64,000 nt of DNA. Origin: Candidatus Woesearchaeota archaeon (GTDB lineage Archaea > Nanobdellota > Nanobdellia > Woesearchaeales > JACJVW01). The position numbers and the translations under genes are program-made. The DNA lies in NCBI GenBank assembly GCA_020637435.1, contig JACJVW010000001.1, forward strand, positions 433,060 to 497,059. The letters are read 5' to 3'. The notes beneath the pieces were generated by a model, which had not been told where the DNA came from, did not search any database, and saw only the letters and a list, made by a program, of their open reading frames with translations. Below, in pieces: positions 1 to 8,755 of this stretch (its first letter is position 1; every line of letters starts with the position of its first letter).

Positions 1-995
1 AGCCAGTTTCTATTGTAATGGTCCAAAGGCGGGTTGATCTCACCGGCAATCAGCATATTCGCGTCAAAGTATTGTCGTACTCGCCCGACGTCCATCCAGA
101 AACCTGCTTCGATGAGCTGAGCACCCTCGACTCGATGGTCACTGAAATCCCAGGCATAGACATCCATACCATCTCTGATTGCTTGAGGGATGATATCAAA
201 TCCAAAATCCCGTAGACTGTACAAAGCAGGATTGTCAATGACCTGTTCCTTTGAACCCATAGTCTTCGAAGCATCTCGCTCAAGCGCCGTTTTCAAAGCG
301 GCAGTCTTGAATGCATAGTTGCCCATCGATGCGAGGCACTTCCCCTCAAGATTAGGGTCATTATGAGGATTGGGAATAGGCGTGGGTCGCTCTGGTTTTT
401 CTTCAAAACCAATAATCCGGTTGTCTTCATTGACTACCAGTACACCATATGCACCGGCTGCCTCTTCTATAGATACTAATTTTGCGCAGACAGTAAGGTC
501 AGCTTGCTTGTGGACATGAGCCCGCTTAAGCTCACGTACATCCATAAAATAGACATGGTCACCTGCAAGTACATAGACATTTTCAGGCGCCCACTCATCT
601 ATAAACTCAATATTCTGCTCGACAGCGTTGGCGGTTCCGACATAACCTATCTTCTCTAGGCCAGGTTTCTCCTCGCTTTGAAGGATCTCGAATGTTCTTA
701 CTCCTTTAATTTCTGGAATCAGCCTAGACCAAGTTTCATTGAGGTAATTTCTGATTGACCTGGCTTTGTACTGAGTCATAACACCGATCTTATCGATACC
801 AGAATTGAATACATTATTTAGAGCATAATCGATTATGCGAAACTTTCCTGCAAAGGGTACAACTGGTTTGCCCCTCCAGTCCGTAAGTTCATAGAGGCGG
901 GAACCCCGCCCTCCTGCAAGGATTAATCCTACATCTTTACTCGTGTCTTTGTAGTCGCAATGACATGCATTCACAGTCGTTTCTAATGATACCAT
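1..995 (-). CDS. glgC: Glucose-1-phosphate adenylyltransferase (ADP-glucose pyrophosphorylase), C-terminus runs off the window start
   Basis: Reverse-complement translation from the ATG at 993-995 gives MVSLETTVNACHCDYKDTSKDVGLILAGGRGSRLYELTDWRGKPVVPFAGKFRIIDYALNNVFNSGIDKIGVMTQYKARSI..., the classic GlgC N-terminal nucleotide-binding signature (GGxGxRL, KPAVPF, RIIDF-like). The frame stays open to position 1, so the gene is truncated. A TATA-like tttatata at 1026-1033 sits about 30 nt upstream. Confidence 0.8.
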   Translation of the reverse strand, partial: MVSLETTVNACHCDYKDTSKDVGLILAGGRGSRLYELTDWRGKPVVPFAGKFRIIDYALNNVFNSGIDKIGVMTQYKARSIRNYLNETWSRLIPEIKGVRTFEILQSEEKPGLEKIGYVGTANAVEQNIEFIDEWAPENVYVLAGDHVYFMDVRELKRAHVHKQADLTVCAKLVSIEEAAGAYGVLVVNEDNRIIGFEEKPERPTPIPNPHNDPNLEGKCLASMGNYAFKTAALKTALERDASKTMGSKEQVIDNPALYSLRDFGFDIIPQAIRDGMDVYAWDFSDHRVEGAQLIEAGFWMDVGRVRQYFDANMLIAGEINPPLDHYNRNW

Positions 996-1086
996 TATTA
1001 TCAATCCCATGCAGTTTAAGGGTCATTTATATACTTTGTCGGAGAAATGCAGAATTTTAGAAGTAATCTTGACGCAACACCAGTTT

Positions 1087-3003
1087 TTAATGTCGGATCG
1101 TAACATTGATGACTTCAGGCTGTGCCCGAAGATTCTTGACGACAGTGTCCAGGATAGTGATGTCTGGTTCCTCAACCTCAAGGAAGATATTGAACAGATG
1201 CTCCTTGCCATGCCTGGTGTTTACGTTCCTGATCACCAGACGATTGTGCACAAAATAATCCAATACTTTAGTCAGGATACCTTCCTTATCCTCAAGCGTT
1301 ATGATAACCAGCATGCGCCGCCGGGGGATCTTCTTCCATTTGATAGGGATCTCCTTACCACCTTGGATGGAAAAGACATTGGCGCAATCTTTCCTGTGCA
1401 CAGTCACCTTCTTATCCTTGGTCTGGTATGCGACGATTGCGTCACCAGCCTCAGGCGAGCAGCATTTTGAGACCTTAAGCTGACCAAGGCGCTTATCATA
1501 GTCCAAAAGGTCAGGAACATGAGGCTCACCGAACAATGACTCTGCATCATGTTTAGTATCAGCCTCTATCGATATGCCAAGCTCACCGCGAATCTTGCTC
1601 TTGGCTTTTGTACTGACGACAAAGTTCAGCCACTGCCTTGATGGTTTGGCATTCTTTGAAGTGATGATCTCAACAACCTCTCCAGGCTTAAGCACGGTAT
1701 TAAGCGCGACCGCTTTACCGTTCACAAGAGCTTTAGAACAATGATTGCCTACCGCAGTATGTACCTCATACGCAAAATCGATAGGTGTTGCACCCTCTCG
1801 AAGCGTTATCGGATCCCCTTTAGGAGTGAAGACTACGATCTCATCCTCAAAAAGGTCAAGTTTCAGCGTCTCGATAAAATCTTGGGCATTCTCACTGTGC
1901 CGCCCCCATTCCAGGATCTGCTTCAACCACGAAATCTTCTGGTCAAACTTCTTGTCCCTATCTGTACCATGGTAACGCCAGTGCGCAGCGACTCCATCCT
2001 CTGCGAAATGATGCTGCTCCTCCGTTCTGATCTGCACCTCGATTATCTTGTTCAACGGTCCTTCAAGGCCAGTGTGCAAACTCTGATACCCGTTACCCTT
2101 AGGATTAGCAATGTAATCCTTGAATCGTCGAGGTATCGGCTTCCAAAGCTCATGAACGATACCAAGTGCCGTGTAGCAATCCTTGATATTCTTCACAAGT
2201 ATTCTGATTGCGATAAGGTCATAGATCTCATCGATGTCAAGATTCTTCTTGATCATCTTCTTGTAGATGCTCATAAAATATTTTGCACGCCCGGTGACCA
2301 GGGCATTCACCCCTTTCTTCTCAAGAGCCCCTTTGATTCGGTTGATGATCTCCTCCGTCGTCTGTTCCCGTTCAGCACGTTTCTGGTTGATCCGTTTTTT
2401 AAGATACTGGTACACTTCAGGTTGCAGATACCTAAGGGAAAGATCTTCAAGCTCACCCTGTATCCAACCCATGCCAAGCTTGTGCGCTATAGGAGCGTAT
2501 ATATCAAGTGTCTCCTGAGCGATACGTTGTCGTTTCTCAGGCCTAAATGTGCTGAGCGTCTGCATATTGTTCAGCCGGTCAGCAAGCTTCACAAGCATAA
2601 TCCTGATATCTTTGGTCGTTGCAAGCAATACCTTGCGCAAGTTCTCAGCGGTGTAATCTTCCTTCGTCTCAAAATGCACTTTATCGATCTTAGTAAGACC
2701 ATCGACGATGCCTGCAACATCAGCTCCAAATTCCTTCTCGATATCCTTGATAGTCCAGGACGTCTCTTCAACCACATCATGCAGCAATGCCGCGCTAAGT
2801 GTAGCGCTCCCCGCTTTAAGTTTCATAAGAATTTCAGCGACCCCAAGAGGATGGATAAAATACGGGTCACCCGTAGAACGTTTCTGGTCTTTGTGCGCCT
2901 CTTTGCTAACCTCGTAAGCCCTGCGAAGCATCTTAAGGTCAGGGCTCGGATTGTACTCCTTGACCCTCCCCAAAAACTCCTCACACGTCATCATCTGCGC
3001 CAT
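1087..3003 (-). CDS. Bifunctional (p)ppGpp synthetase/hydrolase, long RelA/SpoT homologue (HD, synthetase, TGS and ACT-like regions), 638 aa
   Basis: The N-terminus MAQMMTCEEFLGRVKEYNPSPDLKMLRRAYEVSKEAHKDQKRSTGDPYFIHPLGVAEIL matches the HD hydrolase domain. Downstream RelA/SpoT synthetase-like and TGS-like (GDVVEIIT-like) segments follow. A TATA-like atttttaaaa lies at 3032-3041, about 30 nt upstream. Confidence 0.85.
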   Translation of the reverse strand: MAQMMTCEEFLGRVKEYNPSPDLKMLRRAYEVSKEAHKDQKRSTGDPYFIHPLGVAEILMKLKAGSATLSAALLHDVVEETSWTIKDIEKEFGADVAGIVDGLTKIDKVHFETKEDYTAENLRKVLLATTKDIRIMLVKLADRLNNMQTLSTFRPEKRQRIAQETLDIYAPIAHKLGMGWIQGELEDLSLRYLQPEVYQYLKKRINQKRAEREQTTEEIINRIKGALEKKGVNALVTGRAKYFMSIYKKMIKKNLDIDEIYDLIAIRILVKNIKDCYTALGIVHELWKPIPRRFKDYIANPKGNGYQSLHTGLEGPLNKIIEVQIRTEEQHHFAEDGVAAHWRYHGTDRDKKFDQKISWLKQILEWGRHSENAQDFIETLKLDLFEDEIVVFTPKGDPITLREGATPIDFAYEVHTAVGNHCSKALVNGKAVALNTVLKPGEVVEIITSKNAKPSRQWLNFVVSTKAKSKIRGELGISIEADTKHDAESLFGEPHVPDLLDYDKRLGQLKVSKCCSPEAGDAIVAYQTKDKKVTVHRKDCANVFSIQGGKEIPIKWKKIPRRRMLVIITLEDKEGILTKVLDYFVHNRLVIRNVNTRHGKEHLFNIFLEVEEPDITILDTVVKNLRAQPEVINVTIRH

Positions 3004-3146
3004 ACAGACTACTAATATCCCGATATTTTTAAAACTCTCCTTTATAAGGCATATTGGGTGCAGTACAATGGAGCTATGTGTCTAAAGGATAGGGAACCAA
3101 TTAATGCTTTGTTCAGGCGAACAATTTGCCCACAGGGCTCATACTT

Positions 3147-3230
3147 CCGTACTATTGCTTCTTTCTCTTTCAAAACATCATACCTGAGAAACAATCTAAT
3201 TAACGTACACTAAAAGAGAAAGAAGTACGG
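3147..3230. repeat. Long imperfect inverted repeat (hairpin) immediately 3' of the tRNA on the minus strand
   Basis: Arm 3147-3170 ccgtactattgcttctttctcttt is the reverse complement of arm 3213-3230 aaagagaaagaagtacgg apart from a 6-nt bulge. That gives a 6 bp plus 12 bp stem with a 42-nt loop. Confidence 0.6.
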
Positions 3231-3359
3231 GCCTGATGGGATTCGAACCCACGGTCTACAGCTCTCTTTCACCCGGCAGAGTGTAAATGCCCTGCATATG
3301 GTATAGAAGGCTGTCGCCCTATATGCCCAATTTGGATTTCCAGGCTAGGCTACAGGCCC
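3228..3359 (-). tRNA. tRNA-Arg(TCT), about 132 nt, with a predicted anticodon-loop intron (~40 nt after position 37) and a second insertion or intron in the D-loop
   Basis: Minus-strand sequence GGGCCTG TA GCCT AGCCTGG...GGGC G ACAGC CTTCTA [TACCATATGCAGGGCATTTACACTCTGCCGGGTGAAAGAG] A GCTGT AGACC GTGGG TTCGAAT CCCAT CAGGCCC. The acceptor stem GGGCCTG/CAGGCCC, the T-arm GTGGG-TTCGAAT-CCCAT and the anticodon stem ACAGC/GCTGT with loop C-U-UCU-A are all present. The anticodon TCT gives Arg. The overlength D region implies a second intron. Confidence 0.7.
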
Positions 3360-3386
3360 ATATAAGCAATCTGTGTTCCAAAGCGG

Positions 3387-3394
3387 TTTATAAA
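3387..3394 (-). promoter_or_regulatory. TATA box (tttataaa) about 28 nt upstream of the tRNA 5' end
   Basis: The palindromic TTTATAAA lies at the position expected for an archaeal TBP/TFB promoter relative to the tRNA start at 3359. Confidence 0.55.
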
Positions 3395-3476
3395 TATTTC
3401 TGGCAGAGTAGTATGTCCATAGGTGAAGCACAGATTCAGCCCTAGAGATTACACAGAGAGTCAACATGTTGTTGGA

Positions 3477-4124
3477 TCAAATTTGATTTCTATTTCGGTG
3501 TGACAGGTAAAGAATAAGCAAACCCGGTATGATACTTGTCCAAATATGACCAAAGACAACCAGTAGAAAAAAGACAAAAGGATCATATATAGTCTGTTCA
3601 GCCTTCACCCAGAAAAAACCATGTACAAAATTGATATTCTTCTCCGGTGGCGAAACAAGATAAGTAATCGTAAAAACTAAAACCGATTCAAAAAATGCCC
3701 AAATCCCAACGTCCCACGAAAATTTTCGTATCCGTAGTATACAGTAGAGTGTCAAAGGCACAAAAAAAACATGACTAAGTGAGAGGAGATTTCTGATAAA
3801 CGGCCTCCCCTCTTCAAATAAGTATAGTGAATTCCCTGATAAACCAAATCCAAAAGCAAGATAGAGCAGCAGATCAAGCATCCACCACAATTGATACGTT
3901 GCGACCAGAACAAACTGCATACTCACCAGTTTCCAGTTCCTCCGCAGCAGCCCGATACCTGTTAGCAAGAGTACAATCCTGCAAAGGTACATAAGATTGA
4001 CCGCATCTGTATACAACAGTGTAACTACAACGTCAACAGCCCAAAAGAGGATGAAAAAATAACCTATCCACGCTAAGGCATCCCATTTCTTTGGAATGAA
4101 AATATTGAGCAATCTATGTAGCAT
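3477..4124 (-). CDS. Polytopic membrane protein of unknown function (215 aa, about 6 predicted TM helices)
   Basis: Long ORF with several hydrophobic 20-residue stretches (FFILFWAVDVVVTLLY, IVLLLTGIGLL, FVLVATYQLWWMLDLLLYLAFGF and others). No recognisable catalytic motif. Confidence 0.55.
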   Translation of the reverse strand: MLHRLLNIFIPKKWDALAWIGYFFILFWAVDVVVTLLYTDAVNLMYLCRIVLLLTGIGLLRRNWKLVSMQFVLVATYQLWWMLDLLLYLAFGFGLSGNSLYLFEEGRPFIRNLLSLSHVFFVPLTLYCILRIRKFSWDVGIWAFFESVLVFTITYLVSPPEKNINFVHGFFWVKAEQTIYDPFVFFLLVVFGHIWTSIIPGLLILYLSHRNRNQI

Positions 4125-4233
4125 ATACAGACTACCTGCTCCTGAGGTTTATTATACTTTTCTTGAACAGTATCAAGATAAAAAAGGATTACCGTTCAAA
4201 ACCAATAAATAATCCGCCAAAAACCATCAACCA

Positions 4234-5022
4234 ATGGCAAGCCTGCAAACAGAGCATTTCGACCTCGCCCTCACCCTTCGGTCAGGACAGTTCTTCCACT
4301 TCATCGAAGAAGACGGCTGGTTCTATGTCCACCACAAAGACCGAATAATCAAGATTCGTCAGGACCGCAACAAGCTCATGTACCATGGTGCAACGAACAA
4401 AACAATCACTCACTTCCTCTCACTTGACAAAGACCTGACCAACATCAAAAGGAAGTGCAAAACAGGAATTGAAAAAAAGGCCTTCGAGCGCTTCGGCAAA
4501 CTTCGATTGCTCCGCCAGGATCCTTGGCACGCGAGCATCACCTTCATCTGTTCATCCTGCGCCAACATGGCAAAGATTAGAAAGAATATTTTCCTCATCT
4601 CAGAAAAATTCGGCGCTCAGACCAAGCAGCACAGCAAATCATTCTACCTATTCCCAGAAAAAGGCGACCTGACTTGCGAATCAACTCTGCGTTCATGCGC
4701 CACTGGCTACCGCGCCCCGTTCATTGCAGCATTTAACACCAGCTCAACCACATCCCTACAAAACCTAGACTATAGCACCGCAAAAGAACAGCTCATGCAG
4801 TACCCCGGCATCGGCTCAAAAGTAGCTGACTGCATTCTCCTCTTCGGCTATGGTTTTGGCGAAAGCTTTCCACTCGACATCTGGATGCGCCGCATCATGC
4901 AGCGCAAGCTCGGCAACATATCCGATAAAGAAATTCTCAACTACGCAGCACACACCTACAGAAAGGACGCAGGCTACATCCAGCAGTACCTCTACATGTA
5001 TGCCATAGAAAACCATAAATAA
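4234..5022 (+). CDS. ogg: 8-oxoguanine DNA glycosylase / HhH-GPD family N-glycosylase-DNA lyase (262 aa)
   Basis: The N-terminus LALTLRSGQFFHF is the Ogg-type motif. A C-terminal helix-hairpin-helix and Gly/Pro-rich loop with catalytic Asp is present (QLMQYPGIGSKVADCILLFGYGFGESFPLDIWMRR). Confidence 0.75.
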   Translation: MASLQTEHFDLALTLRSGQFFHFIEEDGWFYVHHKDRIIKIRQDRNKLMYHGATNKTITHFLSLDKDLTNIKRKCKTGIEKKAFERFGKLRLLRQDPWHASITFICSSCANMAKIRKNIFLISEKFGAQTKQHSKSFYLFPEKGDLTCESTLRSCATGYRAPFIAAFNTSSTTSLQNLDYSTAKEQLMQYPGIGSKVADCILLFGYGFGESFPLDIWMRRIMQRKLGNISDKEILNYAAHTYRKDAGYIQQYLYMYAIENHK

Positions 5023-5044
5023 AGCAGGGCTCCCATGCACCGTC

Positions 5045-5665
5045 ATGAAAGCACTAGTAGTACTCAGCGGAGGCATCACTCAGGACGGCCTTTTGGAGTG
5101 GACAAAAAATCGATGTGATAAAGCAGTAGAACTCTACACCGGAAACGAGCTCATCATCACATCAAGTGCATACACACCGCACAAACCCCCGTTCCTAAAT
5201 GATGGCAACCCCATCACAGAAGCGCGCCAGATGGCTGACTACATCTTAAGCAAAGGCGTGAAACCTGAACACATGCGCATCGAAGCATTTTCATTAGACA
5301 CCCTTGGCAACGCCATCTTCACCAGACAGCTCATCACCGAACCAGAACAGGTGCATGACCTGACCATCATCACCTCAAGCTTTCACATGCCCCGCTCAAA
5401 ACTCATCTTCGACTACGTCTTCAGCCTCCAACCAGTAGGTAAGTACAATCTCCAATATGTAGAAGTCAGTGACGGCGAACAAAACCAAAAAGCCATAAAA
5501 GCAAGAAGCGTAAAAGAACAGGAACGCATCGAACGCTTCAAAAAAACCATGGCAATAAACCAGGATTTAAAATCACTCATAACCTGGCTCTTCACCATCC
5601 ATAACGCATACAACTACGACCTCATCTATGAGAAATACGACAAGATTCTCGAAGACAGCTATTAG
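5045..5665 (+). CDS. DUF218 (YdcF/SanA/ElyC-like) domain protein, 206 aa
   Basis: MKALVVLSGGITQDG...ITEARQMADYIL...LDTLGNAIFTRQL...IITSSFHMPRSKLIF matches the conserved DUF218 pattern (VVLGGG..., E...S.nT.eNa, VTs.fHm.Ra). Confidence 0.7.
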   Translation: MKALVVLSGGITQDGLLEWTKNRCDKAVELYTGNELIITSSAYTPHKPPFLNDGNPITEARQMADYILSKGVKPEHMRIEAFSLDTLGNAIFTRQLITEPEQVHDLTIITSSFHMPRSKLIFDYVFSLQPVGKYNLQYVEVSDGEQNQKAIKARSVKEQERIERFKKTMAINQDLKSLITWLFTIHNAYNYDLIYEKYDKILEDSY

Positions 5666-6024
5666 GTAAGCGTCTTCACTAGCTCTTCCAGCCGAGGTTC
5701 TAGTGCGCTATTGTAGCAGACGATAGGTATTTCATAAGCAAGCGCCAGTTTGATCTCCTGCTCCATACCTTTTGAGATCACCGGACCGCAGAGCCAGACC
5801 TCATCCATCGTCCTGCGCTCAAAATGCTCCCGATTGGCAAGCATCCCAAGCTCCCGTTCCTCAACCAGATGGTCATCCAGATATTGCAGAGCGACAAGAT
5901 AAGGCGCGAACGGAATGATATCATCATTGTCCATATGCACATCCCGACATATCTCAAGGATATGTCGGACATTTCGTTCAACATTGCCGCTCACCTGATG
6001 AGCGATATATACAAGCTTACCCAT
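5662..6024 (-). CDS. Hypothetical protein, 120 aa, possibly a nucleoside-2-deoxyribosyltransferase-like Rossmann fold
   Basis: The ORF overlaps the upstream stop by 4 nt. A KLVYIAHQVSG N-terminal strand-loop suggests a flavodoxin-like fold, with no strong motif. Confidence 0.4.
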   Translation of the reverse strand: MGKLVYIAHQVSGNVERNVRHILEICRDVHMDNDDIIPFAPYLVALQYLDDHLVEERELGMLANREHFERRTMDEVWLCGPVISKGMEQEIKLALAYEIPIVCYNSALEPRLEELVKTLT

Positions 6025-6132
6025 AAGAAAAGAAAGAGTTCACAGATTTATATGCCTAACCGATGTCCAATGTAAAAGAGACAAAAAGGATATGGGTATC
6101 ATAGTCGACTCTGTGTTTGAAAAAAGAGAGAA

Positions 6133-6882
6133 TCAATAATAATATTCAGCCTTGATGACCTTTTCAGTCAGCTTCATGTAATCCTTAGCGCCGTTGCAGC
6201 TCTTTGCATACTCAAAGATAGTCGTACCTTTTCCAGGCGCCTCCTTAAGTTTACTGTTCACACGGATAGGTTGGCTGACCAGGTCTGAGAATCCTTTCTT
6301 GATCTCTCCAAGAACCTGGATACTGGACTTGATGCGTTTATCATACATCGTCGGGATAACCATAGTTATCTGCAGATTATGACCAAACAATTCATTAATC
6401 TCATCGATGGTCGATTGCATCTTCTTAAGCGCATCTAGTGCAAGATACTCAGTTGCGACAGGGATGAATGCTTCGTGAGCATACAAAAGTGCGTTCTGGT
6501 TCAGTAGACTTATGCTTGGAGGACAATCGACGATAACATAGTCATACCGGGTTATGCTTTGCAGAGCGCGCTTTAGCACAGTCTCTCTGCTTGACACGCC
6601 AGCAAGGATCATCTCTGCCTCAGAAAGCTTGCTGTTGCTGGGGATAATATGCAGAAACTCAGTCACATGCTGAATCGCGTCTTCCGGATCCTCCCCGTTG
6701 ACAAGCACATCATACATCGTCTTATCAGCAGGTAAGCAGAAATGAGTATTGATATTACCTTGAGGATCAAGGTCGATGACCAAAACCTTCTTATTCTTCT
6801 TCGCAAGGCCAGCGGCCAGGCTTATCGTCGTCGTGGTCTTGCCCACTCCACCTTTTTGATTAATGACACAAATCTTCCTCAT
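6133..6882 (-). CDS. parA: ParA/MinD-family P-loop ATPase (Soj-like), 249 aa
   Basis: The deviant Walker A MRKICVINQKGGVGKTTTTISLAAGLAKKNKKVLVIDLDPQGN is diagnostic. No parB or other partner is adjacent. Confidence 0.85.
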   Translation of the reverse strand: MRKICVINQKGGVGKTTTTISLAAGLAKKNKKVLVIDLDPQGNINTHFCLPADKTMYDVLVNGEDPEDAIQHVTEFLHIIPSNSKLSEAEMILAGVSSRETVLKRALQSITRYDYVIVDCPPSISLLNQNALLYAHEAFIPVATEYLALDALKKMQSTIDEINELFGHNLQITMVIPTMYDKRIKSSIQVLGEIKKGFSDLVSQPIRVNSKLKEAPGKGTTIFEYAKSCNGAKDYMKLTEKVIKAEYYY

Positions 6883-7118
6883 CGTTCACCCCTGTCAGCA
6901 AAGTGAGCGAATGCACAATATGAAGATTATTATACAAGGAAGTTTGTTATGGACTTCGGTAAGAGCCAAGAAGTGTCCAACCACTGTATAATAATGGAGC
7001 ATTCGCGAGCTTTGCTGGTGATGTGCACGTAAAAGCACGTACATTCCGTAGAAAGTAACTTAAATATAAAGATATTGGTTTCGTATCACTCACGAGTAAG
7101 AATAAACTATCGAAAATA

Positions 7119-7826
7119 ATGGCAAGAAAAACCAAAGAGAAATGGAAGACCTACGGCAATGTATTCGATGAGTTCACGCTCCGCAATTTGTTCCAGCTAT
7201 CGTCTAGAGGGTTTTTCGAAGAGCTACAAAGCCCGATCAAGATTGGCAAGGAAGCCAACATCTTCACCGCTGTCACCAAAGACAGCACGACAGTCATCGT
7301 CAAGATCTACCGTCTCGAGACCTGCGACTTCAACCGCATGCTGGATTACATCAAGACTGACCAGCGCTACGTCAACATAAGAAGATCGCGAAGGAAAATT
7401 ATCTTTGCTTGGACGCAAAGGGAGTTTCGAAACATCATCAAAGCCCGGGAGGCAGGCGTCAAAGTCCCTACCCCTTACATCTTTAAGGACAATATCCTCG
7501 TCATGGAGCAGATAGGCAGTCCAAAACCAGCACCTCAACTAAAGGAAGCATATCCCGAAGAGCCAGAAGCGTTCTATCAGACGACTATCGACTACATGCG
7601 CATGATGTACCTGCACGGACTCATCCATGGTGACCTTTCACAATTCAACATCTTAAACGACAACGACAATCCGGTATTCATAGATTTCTCTCAAGGCCTT
7701 ACTACCGAAAGCCATGGATGGCAGGACTATCTTAGGCGTGACATCAAAAACGTCGCCAACTTCTTCAAAAAACTCGGCATCGACTCCGATCAGGATGACC
7801 TCTACACCCAGATTACCCATAAGTGA
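7119..7826 (+). CDS. rio1: RIO-type serine/threonine protein kinase (Rio1-like), 235 aa
   Basis: GKEANIFTAV matches the RIO ATP-binding loop. LIHGDLSQFNIL matches the catalytic loop and IDFSQGL the metal-binding loop. Confidence 0.8.
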   Translation: MARKTKEKWKTYGNVFDEFTLRNLFQLSSRGFFEELQSPIKIGKEANIFTAVTKDSTTVIVKIYRLETCDFNRMLDYIKTDQRYVNIRRSRRKIIFAWTQREFRNIIKAREAGVKVPTPYIFKDNILVMEQIGSPKPAPQLKEAYPEEPEAFYQTTIDYMRMMYLHGLIHGDLSQFNILNDNDNPVFIDFSQGLTTESHGWQDYLRRDIKNVANFFKKLGIDSDQDDLYTQITHK

Positions 7827-7859
7827 ACATTATTATACCCACATAATTTCTCCTTCATC

Positions 7860-8109
7860 TATGAGCAATAAATTTACAACAGGCAAAAAAATAGGCTCTG
7901 AGATGCTTGAAGATATACTCAATGATTTCAATCTTCGGCCCTTAAAACTTCCAAAAGAGATTCATGCGCAAAGATATTTCACTATGCTCGATAATTTTTA
8001 CATACCTGAATTTATGGGATTTGTCTACGGACTTTCCTATACCTCAGCTTGCCACCCTGTTGAAACATACAAATTTCTGACAAGAGACAAGAGTACCTCT
8101 CATATATAG
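7860..8109 (+). CDS. Small hypothetical protein (83 aa)
   Basis: Internal Met of track ORF 7714..8109 immediately after the rio1 stop. No recognisable motif. Confidence 0.25.
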
Positions 8110-8239
8110 CCAAACTCAATCAAAAAATCCAGAGACATTCTATGAGTACCCATCAATATTGATTTGTCCTTAAACGGGACCATCTTTTTTCTAAGACCAA
8201 ACCAAAAACTTTTTAAACATCTGAACCCCCAAATCAATC

Positions 8240-8465
8240 TGATTTTCAGAAATATATGTTAAAATTTAGAAGATCAATCAGAAATCAGAAATTTGGGCCC
8301 ATCAATGAAAAAGAATCTTCAGATTTACGAAAATACAATCTTAATTTCTAAAGAAATATCTGAGATTTATAGAAATAATCTGATTTTCAGAAATTTTAAC
8401 GATGATTCAGAATTTTGCGCAGATTACTCCTTAAATTCAGAGCAAAATTCTGAAATTCAGAAACA
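8240..8465. promoter_or_regulatory. Cluster of at least 5 exact TCAGAAAT octamers plus degenerate and inverted copies, upstream of the abrB-like and giant-gene operon
   Basis: TCAGAAAT occurs at 8246-8253, 8278-8285, 8285-8292 (tandem) and 8387-8394. Variants ttcagaatttt at 8406-8416, ttcagag from about 8447, inverted ttctgaa at 8449-8455 and ttcagaaac at 8456-8464 end at the ATG of the AbrB-like gene. Confidence 0.6.
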
Positions 8466-8755
8466 TGAAGAAGTATCCAAAAATAGTGCAATGTGACAAG
8501 CGAGGTCAGATAGTCATACCTAAAGACCTCCGAAATGAGCTCGGCATAGAAGAAGGCACTGGTTTTTGGATGTATGCAATCACCGATGAAGGTATTCTGC
8601 TCAAGAAGGTCGAAAACCCTGAGCTTGGGGAACACACCGACATGCTCCATGAGCTCAATGACAAAGCAGACAAGATAGATCTCTCACGTGAGAATCTTGG
8701 ACAGTCCATCGAGGAATACAAGAAGAAGAGGCAGGGCAACCTGGATGTAATATGA
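8465..8755 (+). CDS. AbrB/SpoVT/MazE-family swapped-hairpin DNA-binding protein (96 aa)
   Basis: KRGQIVIPKDLRNELGIEEGTGFWMY is the AbrB-type N-terminal beta-barrel motif, followed by an acidic C-terminal tail. Its stop overlaps the giant ORF start by 4 nt (ATGA at 8752-8755). Confidence 0.75.
   Translation: MKKYPKIVQCDKRGQIVIPKDLRNELGIEEGTGFWMYAITDEGILLKKVENPELGEHTDMLHELNDKADKIDLSRENLGQSIEEYKKKRQGNLDVI

Noticed and set aside
1741-3015. 424-aa ORF on the plus strand
   Set aside because: It is entirely antisense to the RelA/SpoT gene, which has unmistakable homology. The translation is Leu/Arg/Ser-rich and non-protein-like.
7714-7859. Upstream extension of the small ORF overlapping the 3' end of rio1 in another frame
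   Set aside because: It overlaps a well-supported kinase gene. The translation (SPTSSKNSASTPIRMTSTPRLPIS) is compositionally biased and unlikely to be coding. Only the part after the rio1 stop was kept, at low confidence.
8293-8496. 67-aa ORF in the region upstream of the AbrB-like gene
   Set aside because: It lies inside the TCAGAAAT repeat cluster. It is a low-complexity translation of the repeats (QNSEIQK...) and a repeat artefact.
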